Part shown: positions 1-12,430 of the stretch, piece by piece
How positions within the stretch are numbered: the first letter of the stretch is position 1
How the letters are laid out: each line of letters opens with the position of its first letter
Source of the DNA: Paraspadella gotoi
Lineage: Eukaryota; Animalia; Chaetognatha
Direction: 5' to 3'
Length of the DNA stretch: 24,215 nt
Assembly (NCBI GenBank): GCA_051294375.1
Contig: JBJCIZ010000768.1
Coordinates: 1-24,215, forward strand
Position numbers and translations under genes: made by a program
The notes under the pieces: generated by a model
Database searches by the model: none
Seen by the model: only the letters and a program-made list of their open reading frames with translations
What the model was told of the DNA's origin: nothing

Positions 1-1430
1 GCGATCAGTCACGAATACTTGCTTGCAGCCCCTCCACCAACCGACCCACTCCCGTCGACCGCTTGAGGACATTTTCCTCCGGTTAGGAAGACGTTTGCAT
101 ACTTGGAGGCTGACTCGTCTGGAAGTAGAGTCATTTTTCCGCTCGGTGATGAGATAGACTATAAAAAGATCTGTGAAAGGGCAAAAAAAAAAAGAAGGTT
201 TGATATCTCGAGATGCGCTAAAAGTTTGGGAGAGGGTTCAGGCCAGGTCGGGTCTTGAAGCACGGCACAAGTCGATATCCTTTCTTCTTTCGGCCGCACG
301 CCCGCCCCCAGAGCGGGCTTCAATCCCTGTTCTTATTTTTTTTTACCAAATGATTATACCTGCGTGGCGATTATTCAGCAAAGTAAAGACGCGAAAGGCG
401 GGAGTTTCCTGCAGGCTATTCGGCAGACTCGAGAGCTTCTCGACGCGCCAGTTTTGATGTTGCTGGCGCGCTTATTGTTTCTCCGCGATCCTATTTCGAG
501 CCGCTGATGGCCACTAAAGGCGGCGGTTTTTGAAGTCGCCAGGAAGCTTTCACGAAGATCGGTGCTAGGCGAAGACTGCGAGATTGGATCCCAATAAAAA
601 GAAATATTTAAAATGAATCGAATCCGACACGTTCAATCTCACCGCAAATCTCGAGAAAGGCGATGACGTTTTAGTTGCCGACAAAGTATCTTCTCTCTAA
701 AAGACGTGACGCGTCCGTCATTCCGGCCAGTTTTCGGCGGATCCCCCCGTCCCAATCGCCCATATGAAAGCAGTCCCGAAGGCCACCGGATCCTTACGTC
801 TAACGTCCGTCGGAATAGGCTAGTTGCAACCAAGAGAAGCAGGGGGGGCCTTCGATGATGGATATACTCGTCGATTCATCTCGGCACCTCAACGCAGACG
901 ACGCAGGTTAGAACTTTGTTCTTTTATTTCCCAACAGATCCCGAGATACCGATTGACGGTTTTTTAGAGACGCCTTCCGGACGAAGCACTTTGAGCAAGG
1001 TGGTTCTGTTTGTTTCCACAAACGAAGACTTCTAATATCAGACAACCTGTTGTTGAACTAACGTTTTTCGGAGCAGAAGAACAGAATGGTGTCTTTTTTC
1101 TTGAAATTCTAACTGATGGCTAATTGCTTGCGCATGAAGACCACATGGAGTCGCACAGGGTATATAAAAATGCGCGCGAAAAAAGAAACGAGCTCCAACC
1201 TGGCGCCGGTCCATACTAATCTCCCGGACGCCCTGGAGATGACGTTCACGACGAACCAAAAGGTTCTCGGGTTAGATGACAGTCGGCTAAAGCCGAAAGG
1301 GAGTACCCGAATGGCGTGCTCACGCCGTTCATCCGCCGCAGTTTCCGTTGTCCTCGTGCGGTGCCTGATCGTAAATCGCCTGCTTCGTTTACGCGCGTGT
1401 CCTACCGAAGCCCAGGCTGACAAAATATTT
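1..1430. other. Possible exonic sequence of an unidentified gene, frameshifted or error-rich; strand unresolved
   Basis: Balanced-GC blocks separated by short AT-rich intron-like spacers (about 160-205, 325-360, 593-642). No ORF translation matches a family I recognise. Confidence 0.2.
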
Positions 1431-2391
1431 GATGTTACGTCCCTGATGAACAGGAGAAGAGAAGTAGTAGTAGATAAGTCTGTAGTCCATAGGAGTATTA
1501 GAGAGTCTTTGAGCTGTAGAGAGTAGAGAAGTCTGTTTGTAGTAGAGAGTTAGAAGTCCCTGGGGCCAGAGAATAACCAAAACATTTAGCTACAAACTCA
1601 GCAATATAAATAATTTTTAAAGATGTCCTTTCTTACTTTCTGAAGCCAATTTAATTAATTGAAAAAAATAAAAAGAAAAGGAGTGTGCTTCTCTCATATA
1701 AAAGTCCACCAAACCCAGCGATATCACACAAAAAATAAGATTCGAGATATCTATAAAAAGGAGTTTTCTAAAGTGCCTCTGAAAAAGAACTAAAAACCCA
1801 GTGACACGTTTGAGATCTGAAGATGCCACACGTTGGAGTAGAACTTCGATCAGAATCAATCTTCTTAAATCGATCTATCGAAAAATCACGGGGCCACCAA
1901 TCAGGAATCAGCTTGTACACTGCCTTCGAAATTCTTGTACCTAAGGGTATAAAACACCAAAAGACAGACTGAGCGAGGTTAGGCCCTAAAGATTTGTCGT
2001 GTCCGATGCCTAATGGGAGGGGCAAAATTTTCGATGCTCAGAAAGTATTAATTAAAACGAGCAAAAGAGAAGCAACGGGGAAAAAAGAAAAGGATTATAG
2101 GGAGAGCTGATTTCTCGTATAATTAGAGAGGATTTAGTTATTGTCTATTTCGTAACACGTCTCCCGCATCCACAGTATGTTACAGAACTCCTTTTCCATT
2201 CACCGGTAGAAACACTGACGCCGAAAGGTGAAATATTTCAAAGAGATATAATATTAACCACTCAAAACCTTTCATCCCGCATACTAGTCGCTTCCCCCCT
2301 TCATCTCTCTCAGTCGGCATTCTTCTTTTTTCGCCTCGGGTTCCGTTTTTCTCCCAAAATCTATCTCACTTCATACTTTGTAATTAGCCAC

Positions 2392-2410
2392 AAAAAAAAA
2401 AAACGATGAG

Positions 2411-2441
<31 letters not shown>
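2392..2441 (+). repeat. Poly(A) runs
   Basis: Two A runs separated by cgatgag; the second is about 31 nt. Confidence 0.9.
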
Positions 2442-2444
<3 letters not shown>

Positions 2445-2640
2445 GCGGAAATCGCGAATATGCGTCCATTCAAAATGCAAGAAGAATATCTGCGGAAGTG
2501 CGACCGACCTTCGACTAATTACCTGTCAATGCCCGACAGCTTGCGCCAGTTCCCGCAACCCTGTTCTTTATTTCCTTTTCTTTTTTCTATGAATCAACTC
2601 GAAAGGGCCAACCTTTTGTTTTTAGAAAATCGGATGTAAG

Positions 2641-3121
2641 TGACGGAAGGAAGGAAAGAAGAAGAAAGAAAGAAAGAAAGGAAAAGAAAGAAGGAAAGAA
2701 AGAAAGAAAGGAAAGAGAGAAGAGAGAGAAAGAAGAAAACAAAAGAAAGAAAAGAAAGACAAGAAAGAAAGAAAAGAAAGAAAGAAAGGAAAGAAAAAGA
2801 CAAGAAAGAAAGAAGAAAGAACGAACGAAATAAAGTAAAACGAGAAAAAAAAACCAAAGAGAGGAAAGAGAGAACAACGAAGAAAAAAAAGAAAGAAAGA
2901 AAAGAAAGAAAGAAAGAAAGAAAGAAAGAAAAAAAAGAAAGAAAATGAGAGAAGAGAGAAAAGAAAAAAAAGATAGAAAGGAGAGAAAAGAAAGAAAGAA
3001 AGAAGAAAGAAAGAAAGAAAGAAAGAAAGACAAGAAAGAAGAACGAAATAAATAAAAGAAAAAAAAAACCAAGAGAGAAAGAGGAGAAAGAAAAAAAGAA
3101 AGAAAGAAATGCAAAGAAAGA
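2641..3121 (+). repeat. Purine-rich (GAAA)n-type low-complexity tract
   Basis: Almost pure A/G. It contains a duplicated sub-block (gacaagaaag...gaacgaaataaa...aaaacc-aagagag) near 2800-2865 and 3029-3084. Confidence 0.95.
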
Positions 3122-3941
3122 GTGAACGAGAGAGTATTGGTCCATGCGACTCAAATTCGCGTGAACGAAAATCACCGATTAACCGGAGGCGTCAATGCCT
3201 GTTTTTTTGGGGGGCGGGAGGAACTCGCCAGCTCCTCTCACCCCCTTACATTCTCGGATCTCACCGCTCCAGCCCTTCAACCCTCAAAAGCCTCTTTCCA
3301 ATTCGCTTTTCCAAAAAATACTTTTCTTTTGACCCGCATCGCAGGTTTGGCCCGCGGCCAAAATAAAAAGACCGCAGATGTCCACCGCCTTACCCGTTAT
3401 ACCTACGTCGATCAATAATGACCTAAAAGACACCTCAAATTCTGTTACCCTGACCAATTTCCATTGGTTTTTTTTTAATAGAGGGTGGCGCGCGTAATCG
3501 ATTCAAAATCCGGTTTTCTTTTTTTTAAATAAGATTATTTATTTCTAGTTGTACATTTGGTTTTGTCATAGAAAAATGAGGGTCTCTTTCCTGGGGTGAG
3601 GCTCTGCCTACGCCTCAAACTGCACCGGAAGCAAAAGGAACATAGACATAACACAAAACACTATCAAAATAGGAAAAGCGCGCAGCCATAGAATCGAATT
3701 GATAAACAACAAATAAACAAGAAGAAAAACAAAAAAAAAAAACCGCTGTTCAACGTTAGTTTAGAGTCGAATATCAAATATTTAACAAGTACTTAAAAAC
3801 CACTACATACTACGTTTATCGTTTTTACGAAAGTGCTGTGAAATAATTATCATATATCTTTTGTTTGCTATCAAAAATTGACAGATAATGAATCGTTATA
3901 TTATGGTTAGAATATGAGGAAAATAAAACTTAAAAATTTCA

Positions 3942-5361
3942 GTCAACGCAACTGGGACAGAAAAGATCGCAACGTGAGACAAGAACCTCGGAGCCAAAAT
4001 CAAGTGAGCACCAAGAGCAAAGAGGCAAGAGTTCGAAGCCCAAATCAAAGAGAAAGAGGAAACGTGTTTGCACAAAGTCTGAACCTCGTCACTCAACAAC
4101 GTCGCCCCGTTCGCCCAACTCATTTTCCTCACCGACTTGTTCACGTCTTGCAGATCCGACAACCGACCAAAACGCGGCCGCCTTCCCCCGCCACCCTTTT
4201 TAGAACACCCAATCACCCATAGACCTCATTAAAGGCGACAACCCACATTCAAGGCCCGCATCACGATATAATGTGCGTCATACGACGTTTTCTCATAAAA
4301 TCTCCTTTTATCAAAACACCATAAATCAACAAGTCGAGCCTTCCCTCGTGCACCCCAGAACGCCCAGGATCAAATCCCTCCACTACAGACAAAAGCTAAA
4401 TTTTAAAAACCGTGTTCGAACATATAAAAATCACGGTATGCCCTCTCATCGAGTCCTGTACATCTCTGCGCTATCAAGAAACGCCGCCTAACCTCCATTG
4501 TCTTCCTTTCGATACTCTACATCATACTCTCAGAAGAACAGCAGCGAATCCCGCTCGCGCCCCCTGCGTGTTTTTCGGAAAGTTGGACGCGTTGCTGAAT
4601 GTTTTAATTATGGTCGTTGCAGGTTCCGAAATTAAATGGTTTCGCTCGCAACATCCCGACTTTCAAAGCTCACAGAGGGGAACTGTTGTGTACGTCAATG
4701 ACTTCATCGGGGGAGCGAGGACAAGGAGCGCTAGGAGGAGGAAAAGCTACAAGAGCAGTACAAGATCGCTCCAAAAGCACACTGTTCCGAGAAACCCATG
4801 CTTTTATCTCATTGTTCATCAAACTCTCTCCGCTTTATTGTCTTCAAAACTGTCATACACTTTTTTTTGTCTAAACAAACGGCCGACGACGACGAAGGCG
4901 ACGACGAGAAAGACGTTCGACTGCGGGGGAACACGCTTCAACGGCTTTGTCCTCCGAGTGCGAAGCATCGATCATGTAAGGCCATGGATAATCGCGGAAG
5001 TCGTATGCCGTCTGGGACGTCACACGGACGACGACCGACGGAACGGTAGAAAAGAACGCACAACGAATTTTAGTAGGGAAAAAGAAAAGTTTAAAAGAAA
5101 AGTTTGTTCTTGATCGGAAAAGACAACTTTTATTTCATTGTCCTTTACGTGCTCCAAGACGACTGTACTTATCCACAGTGGTCCAGAGGTCGGCCTACTC
5201 GTCACTTCTGTGCTGACGAAACCAAAAAAGAATGTCGTTTGTTGTTGGGATGCCAGAAGAACTTCGCTGAGGTGCGCTGTTACAGAGCCGTTGTGAGAGG
5301 TGCGTTAGGTCCTTTGCGACCCAAACTTGTAGAAGCGTGGGTGGACCCCGTTAATCAGTAA
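3942..5361 (+). pseudogene. Possible coding exons broken by frameshifts (pseudogene or sequencing error); product unknown
   Basis: Acceptor-like sites tttcag (about 3942) and ttgcag (about 4622). Protein-like stretches switch frames: KRQEFEAQIKEKEETCLHKV, EEEKLQEQYKIAPK, FNGFVLRVRSIDHVRPWIIAEVVCRL. A final open segment 5104-5361 ends ...EAWVDPVNQ*. Confidence 0.3.
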
Positions 5362-5386
5362 ATTCAATCGATTCAGAGTCAAAAAG

Positions 5387-5405
5387 TCCGTTACCTGGTA
5401 ACGGA
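5387..5405. promoter_or_regulatory. Palindrome containing an RFX X-box-like site
   Basis: tccgttacc-t-ggtaacgga is a perfect 9-bp inverted repeat. Its core GTTACC-T-GGTAAC fits GTNRCC(N0-3)RGYAAC, and a half-site ctagcaac follows at about 5421-5428. Confidence 0.35.
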
Positions 5406-6769
5406 TGGCGATCGTTTACCCTAGCAACGACGTCGTAGGTATCCGGCGCGCGTCGTGCACGGACGAAATGAAAAATTTTCGATTCGCGCATCTCGCGATT
5501 GATTTTTAAAATAATCATCCGTTTGATATTAGCTGAGGGAAAGTTAAAATAAATACAAATACCTCACCTCAAAGAACATACTCTTTGTGCCATATTTTTC
5601 ATTTTATTGCTATGCATAACCGAAATTGTTTTACAGAGGCTTCGGCCGAAAAATGAAAATTCGTTTTTCCCTTATTTTGCTTAGTTTTCGTTCGGCCGAG
5701 AAAATTTTCCCAATAGGGACTGCACCAAACCAGAAATTCTGATTAAATGATTTTTCAGATTTGAATTTTTTGATTATTTATTTTTGCTGTTTAAGACAAT
5801 GATTTTTTCAGAAACTGTTTTGTTTTGGTTAGTACATTATTTTAAGAATTTATTTTATTATTTTAAGTGGCTGGAAGTAGGGTTTTTAAAAAATATTTTA
5901 TTTAATTATTTATTTTCGATTTTCGTAAGTGCACCCCCTACTCAAAATTTTTTGTTCAGATTTTGGTAGTAAAAATGAAGTTTTCGAATTATTCTCATTT
6001 GTCTAATTTTTTATTAGCGGATTTCACATTTTACAGTAAGATCAAAATGGGATTTTGGCGTACAGTCGTAATCGTTTATGGCATTTTATTCGCGTTTTCG
6101 GTTTTTATCGTACGTCATCGCGGGCTTTTATTTGAATAATGCCCGATTTTTTGGAATTTATTATAAGGAAAAAAGAAAGAAAAAAGATATTAAATTAATA
6201 TTTTTATGCCTCATTTGCATATACGGACTGGTTTTAATACGGGCGTCGCGGTATTGTCGCTTCGTTCTTTGTTTCCTCCCTTTTTTCCAGGTTTGGAGAC
6301 CGTCCTTGTCGAGTTTTCTCCAAGGTTTCAAAGCGGGAACAAACTTTATATAAATTTTTCAAAGCTTCAAAATGCAGGGCCTCTATCACTAGTCAGGTGT
6401 TCCGAACTTTGTTTCGGCACCATGCAAACAGTTTCTGCCCCGCATCTAGGTCGCCAAGGACGCAGCTGTTCCTGTTCGACAAGCCCTTGAGTGAAGAGGG
6501 GCCAAAAACGACGGAAAAATAGGCGGCGCTTGCCGCAGATTTCGTCAATATAGCAATCGAAAAGTCAACTTGATGTGGCGGCCGATCCCAATCTGGAGAC
6601 GCTCGTGCGCCGTTCGCCTATATAGCAGGGATCTGGCGCCAGGAGGCCTATTAGACCGGCGGATCTTGCAGAGGTGGAGCAAGATTTGCAGAGGGCAGGA
6701 GGCAGTTTGTTTAGTGCTGCAACCCGGAGGCGGAGTATTGATGGATCTAGGAGATGAAGCTCACGAACG

Positions 6770-6910
6770 GGCGTCCGGGGTCCATGCGGCCTCACGTGAC
6801 GCCGATCAAAGAGGCGGGGACGGCGTCCGGGGCTATTTCAGCCCCAAAGTGACGCCGTATGGAGGAGTGAGCGGCGTCCGGGGCCTCACTCGGCCCCGTG
6901 ACGCCGCTCA
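6770..6910 (+). repeat. Three tandem ~51-bp GC-rich units, each forming a two-stem hairpin
   Basis: ggcgtc...gacgcc outer stems at 6770-6803, 6820-6858 and 6868-6910, each with an inner ggggnn stem-loop. Confidence 0.8.
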
Positions 6911-9900
6911 AGATTGAGAAGAGAGAGATCACGCCGGAGGCACTCGGTGAGTTTCGACGGCTTTTGGAGCCGTCCACCCAGTTGTTGAAGGGCAAGTGCT
7001 CCGCGGGGTCGCGAGAAGGGCCGTAGGACAGGCGCGGTCCTTAAGTCTGCAGGCAGCAGGTAGAGAGGGGACGTTGTTAGTTTCATCTCCGACCCCGCTC
7101 TCTGTTGTTTATGGGCAGCCTTGGTGTCGCGTGGGGTCCGGCGGGGAGATATTTGAGTTTGTTTTATATTTTTTTTTGAAGTTGTTTGCCGGGACGGTTT
7201 AGATACAGCCCTACCCTCCTTTGGAGATATGGGGCTAAGATCTTGTTACAGCACATAGATCATTGTTTAAAGGTTTGGGGTTTACGGAAGCTCCCTCCCC
7301 TGTTAAAACCACTGAGCTTTTAAATATTGGTGGTTAAATGTCACGTGATTTACTTATTTTATTTGGCACAGTAAGTAAGTAATATTGCGCGCATTGTCGT
7401 CGTCTGAGTCATTTTCTCAGTCAGGCATCCTAAACAATTATTAATGTGCTTATGATAAGATAAAGTCGCAAAAATGTACTTTGATTATAATTACCTAGGC
7501 TGGTTTTACTTACATTTTTCCGCACACTTGTATATAAGCTATAATTATTTATTTCTTTAATTTTTATTTCGTGCCCTTTATTTACAGAACCCAACGGATT
7601 CGATTCGTCAGTGGTTCTCTCCGGGAATTTCATCTGACGACGTTTCGACGAAAAACGGGATTCTTTAGTTAGTCTCTCTTTTCGAGTATTTTTTCGTTTT
7701 TTGGTCTGCGCCCGTTTTATACGGCCAGACAATTTTATTTATTTTAAACGGGGGCGCAGAAGTTTTTTCAATTTTTTGTGCGACGGCCCCGGTCGCAGAA
7801 AAGTTTAAAGTTTTTCGTTTTTTGAAATGCTTACAGCGTTTTTAAAGTAAAAATATTTAGAGATTTTTTTTTTAAAATAACCGAGCGTTTTTAGTTAACG
7901 GGTTTAATTTATTAAATGATAGGATAATTTTTTATATTATTAATTATTCCTTTTCGTTTTTTAAATATAAATTAATCTCCGTCGAGAGCGCGAGTCAACC
8001 TTGACTCTTTTTCTCTAAAGTTAACAGGCCTCCGCGCTTGATAGGACTAGGCCTATTTTTTACTTTAATTCGATGGCGCTTAGGCTTTTCTCAAAAGCCT
8101 TTTTCTTTTCTGGGAGCTGAAAAGCTCGTCTTCTTTTTTATGATTTTAATGTTTTTTCATTTTAATCATTAGTTATTTTTTATTACTTTATTTCCCCGTT
8201 TTTCTGGTTTTATTTAAATTCAGCTGAAAAGCTGGATTCTCCTGTGGCGGGAGTAAAGGGTTGGGATCTCGAAATACGGATTCGATTTCCTGTAAAACGC
8301 GGCGACAAACGTTATTTTCTAATCATTTTCTTTCAGTCGCGTTCACTCGGATTTCCTATTTTTTCTGCACTTAGCAAATCTTTTTTATGGGAGTGCCCCG
8401 CTTTAAACGCCTTGTTTATTTTTATTTCATTACTCATGATTTGTTCATTGTGTTTGTTTCGTATTTCTGCACCATTTGGGCCTTGACCTTCATGGGGGCG
8501 CCTTTGGACGGAGTCTCACTTTGTTTCTTTTGCGTTGACGTCCGTCACGCTAAAGGGAACATTGTCGAGAGGGTGTTACCTTCATGGGCTGGCGGGGAGG
8601 TCCGTGGGAGGCTTGTCCGTGAGGCGGAAAGTCGGCCCGTTCCAGCCTCTCTCGCTAACACAAGATTAACTAACTTGACCTTATTTCGAATCTCGATTTT
8701 TTGCCTTTTTCAAGTAAAGGAATTTTTAGGTCACGCGGCCATCGAACGCATCGATGCATCGTCGATGGCTCTCGTAAGTTTACAAGACATTGTTTTCGTG
8801 TTTATGATCGTTAACATCCGGCTTCGGTGACGATGAACATGACTTCTGGTTCGTAGTGGACGCTCGGATCGTGACGACGATTACGGGCTGAGGCTACGAA
8901 TTCGAAAGTTGCGTTGACCGTGCTGGAACTTGGTGCGGCGGTCATTTCTGGAAATAATTATTGTTTACTTATGTTTTTTCTTAATATTTTTTGGCTTTAA
9001 TAAATATTTATTTTTTAGATAATATTGTTATTTTGTGTGTTTGGTTTTCGGTAGGTTAACCTCAACTTTCAATCGATCGTGCGGCCTCGATTATCTCCGG
9101 ATAATGTGTTATTTACCATCATGCCTTTTTCCTCAGATCTTCGCGACTTTACGCTCGGTTTTCCCCGTTTCCCCCAAACATTACAAATTAACTACGTAGT
9201 TCTCCCTTTGTATTTTTTGGGATTTTTTTGCTAAATTTTTGTCGAAAAGATTTTTTTCTTTTTGTACGAACAGGTTCGTTTCTCTCCGTTCGTGCGGGGG
9301 GTACGACCAATTTTTCGATAAGAAATATTTAGTATTTTATAGAAAAAATATTTTTTAAAAATACTTTGTTCGTTTTTTAGGAAAATTGATATTTTTTCGG
9401 TTATTTAGTACTTAGGTTTCTAACCCACTAAATTTCAAAGTTTTATTTTAGTTTCTTTTCAGATTCGTTTCGTAGGTCGATGAGAAAAAGGTGAAGTTGA
9501 GCCAAGGTCAAGGTTTCTTGGTTAAGCGAGAGGAGGACAAAACAACCAACGCTCGCCAAAGCGTGTTCTTCCGACCAGAACAAGAAAGAAGAAGCAAAAC
9601 CACTCTTCGAGACAGGTGTTGCCAACCACCCACTGCTTAGGAACGCCCCGATTTGTCCACATTTTTTGTATTTATTTAGCTTTGTCATTTTTTGAGTAGC
9701 CTAGGAGAAGAGAGACAATTAGAGTAGGAAAGAATAATATAGATTATCTCTCTCTGATATTTTATATTATTCATAGTTTGCCCCTAACATTTTTTCGCTT
9801 TTGATAAAAGTTTTTTGCCTCAACTTTCAAAATACTCTAGACGGACGGAGTTTGTGAGTTGACGCTAAAAATATACAACTTTAGGCCTTGGAGTGACGGT

Positions 9901-10124
9901 CAACCCTGTTCATAGACTGTCTCCCTGCGCGCCGCAAGGCGGGCGTTCTCTCTTATACGTATGGCCGGTTCCAGCAAGAATTGGTGAGAGAAATCGTCGG
10001 GAACTCCAAAACTTTTTTCGGCATTCGTACGAAGGTTACTTGTCTGACTACCGTCTTCTCCTTTAGACGGGCAAGGACCTTACCGAGAACCCTTTTAGTA
10101 CTTACCGCCCTTACAGTGCGTCGC

Positions 10125-10149
10125 NNNNNNNNNNNNNNNNNNNNNNNNN
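10125..10149. other. Assembly gap (25 N)
   Basis: N run. Confidence 1.
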
Positions 10150-10326
10150 TGCCCTCTTGTCGATATTATGTTTAAACCGTCACCTTACAATCACTCACTG
10201 GCGCTGTAGTATTTGCTCTCCACGATACAAGTTCCCTGAAGTCGTACTCGAATTTACGATAAACGTTGAGCGAAATCAGTTTGTTCATCACGTGAGGTTC
10301 AAGCCGTCCGAAGAAGATGCCCGTCT

Positions 10327-10353
10327 GAGAGTGAGAGAGAGAGAGAGAGAGAT

Positions 10354-10393
<40 letters not shown>

Positions 10394-10422
10394 GAGAGAG
10401 AGCGAGAGAGAGAGAGAGAGAG
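10327..10422 (+). repeat. (GA)n microsatellite
   Basis: Interrupted GA dinucleotide array. Confidence 0.95.
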
Positions 10423-10899
10423 TTTAATTATAACCAGTTCATTTAAACAGACGAATAACTTTATTTAAAAAAAACTTCACGAAACAAAAACAGTGTGAAC
10501 GTTCAGCGTCCACAACAGTAAGTTTCGGGTCTTTTGCCGTAGTGACTTTCTTCAATGAACGCAATTTCGGATGATCACGTGACTGCAACTAGTTGAAAAA
10601 TGTCGCTGTTTGACCTCAGTCCATGAGCATTTAAGGGAACATAATGATGGGGTGGGTGTTTTTATGAATATTAACGTTTGAAGCTTCGATCTTATGTCCA
10701 TTTCAAAAAGTAACTATTTTTTTTAAAGCCAATGAGAAATCACAGAAAAAATTCATTTTTTGTCTTCCATGCAAAATTAATTTTTATATCGATAAGAACA
10801 AAAAGTAGGTCAATGATACGATGATTGTAAACAGATTTTTTATTAAGAAATGAGATTTTAAAATTAGAAAAGAAGAAAGCTTCATGTAGAGGTTTTACT

Positions 10900-11402
10900 C
10901 GAAAACGAGAATAAAGACGGACAACAACGCATAAAAACGATGACCGAAAAATGGGAACAAAGACGACGACGACAAACAAAAAACGAACGAATACGAACAA
11001 CGAAAATGAAGAAAAAAGACGACGACGATGAAACAACGACACCGAAAATAAGAACAAAGACGACGACGACAACAAAAACGACGAATACGACAAACGAAAA
11101 TGCAGAAAAAAGCGACGACGATGACACACAACGACGACGAAAATAAGAACAAAGACGATGACAACAACAACGACCGAAAAACCGATGACGAAAATGAGAA
11201 AGACGCGACGGAGAACAACGATGATGAAGAGACGAAAACGAGAACAAGATGACAACACAACGATGAAATGACAACAAAACATGAACAATACGACGACAGA
11301 ACAACGAAACGATGACGAAAAAGGAACAAGACGACGATGACAACACGACGAAAACGACGCTAAAAGGGAGAACAAAGATGACGACAAACAACCAACGACG
11401 AT
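10900..11402 (+). repeat. Degenerate (GAC/AAC/GAA)n trinucleotide low-complexity region
   Basis: Recurring units such as aaaataagaacaaagacgacgacgacaacaa. These explain the overlapping spurious ORFs here. Confidence 0.9.
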
Positions 11403-11957
11403 GTAAATATCCGGATTTTGTATTGAAAATACTTAAAGCGCATAATATATGCTAATAATTAAGCAAGACCACTATCTTTTATTTCTCGTCTTCGTTTTCG
11501 ATAAATTTGGTATTGATCGATAGAAATTCCCTCAAGTTTCTAGTTTAAAATTTCATTAAAATCGGTCCACGCGTTCAAAAGTAATCGCCAAAAAACGAAC
11601 CAAAAAGCCGTCTTCCGGGGGATCAACTTTCGCTGCAGCGATCGAAAAAGTGGGCAACATAAGATTTGAACTACGTAGTACAATCATTAGTCCGACCGAA
11701 TACGGTAAAGCCGAAATCCTCGTTCCGGGCCAAATAAAAAGAAAACTACGGAGCTGAACACGGAAAAAAAATTTGGATATTAGAGAATAATGAAATAATA
11801 ATTACTGATATTTAGGAAATTATAATTAATGATAAAACTTAAATCAGCGAATGGCTGAGAATATTTAATTATAATTTAAACGACGCATGCGTACGGAGAA
11901 GGCTCGATCTCGACGGCCGTAAATTCGATAACAGCGTCTTACTTTGCCTCTCGTTCT

Positions 11958-11974
11958 CGAGAGAGAGAGAGAGA
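11958..11974 (+). repeat. Short (GA)n microsatellite
   Basis: gagagagagagagagaa. Confidence 0.85.
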
Positions 11975-12430
11975 ACGCACGACGATTATGAAGACGAAGA
12001 ATTTTACGAGTCACGGCAGTTGCCTCTGACGTCATACGGGTTTTAAGACCGTTTGTTTATGAGCGTTGTTTATATTTTGTAAAATTTATGGACTTAAATT
12101 ATCTCTAATTAATTATCTTTAATTAATCCTAATCTTAATTAATCTTTAATTATCTTTATCTAATTAATCGTCACTTGAATTTGTAATAAACAACAATATT
12201 TGAAACCAAGATCGTCGGCATCTTGAAAGTCACCCAGAAAGTCGAGGCAGCTCAAATACTACAATTGGATAACGACTGAACTGGACCTTATATTCTTTTA
12301 AGTTATACATCTAGATTGCTCTTTCAAAAGTCCTTATTTCCTATTCATAACTTTACAGCAGATTCCAACTTTATAATTCACTTTGCCAGTCCATCGGTCC
12401 GCCCCCCAATTTTATCGTAAGTCACTTAAA

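Noticed and set aside
1815-1860. ctgaagatgcc...agaacttcgatcaga resembling a Penelope-type minimal hammerhead
   Set aside because: The GAAA core is not intact and stem I pairing is poor; at most a decayed remnant.
2587-3175. Long F/L/S-rich and K/E/R-rich ORFs
   Set aside because: Artefacts of the GAAA tract, which lacks stop codons.
6770-6910. CRISPR-like repeat-spacer appearance
   Set aside because: Eukaryotic context, degenerate units, spacers of only 10-16 nt and no cas genes.
7203-7222. Minus-strand purine run followed by TGT (possible PPT-LTR junction)
   Set aside because: No matching LTR end or second LTR found.
7634-7655. ctgacga...gaaa hammerhead-like core
   Set aside because: No stem I or III partners or cleavage triplet on either strand.
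10199-10210. tggcgctgtag as a possible PBS
   Set aside because: No LTR or gag downstream; tggcgc motifs are common.
10740-11391. Three overlapping minus-strand ORFs of 144-215 aa
   Set aside because: Produced by trinucleotide low-complexity sequence.
10630-11760. Possible TTAA-flanked DNA element around the trinucleotide region
   Set aside because: Only faint inverted similarity (atcttatg / cataagat) and no matching right terminus.
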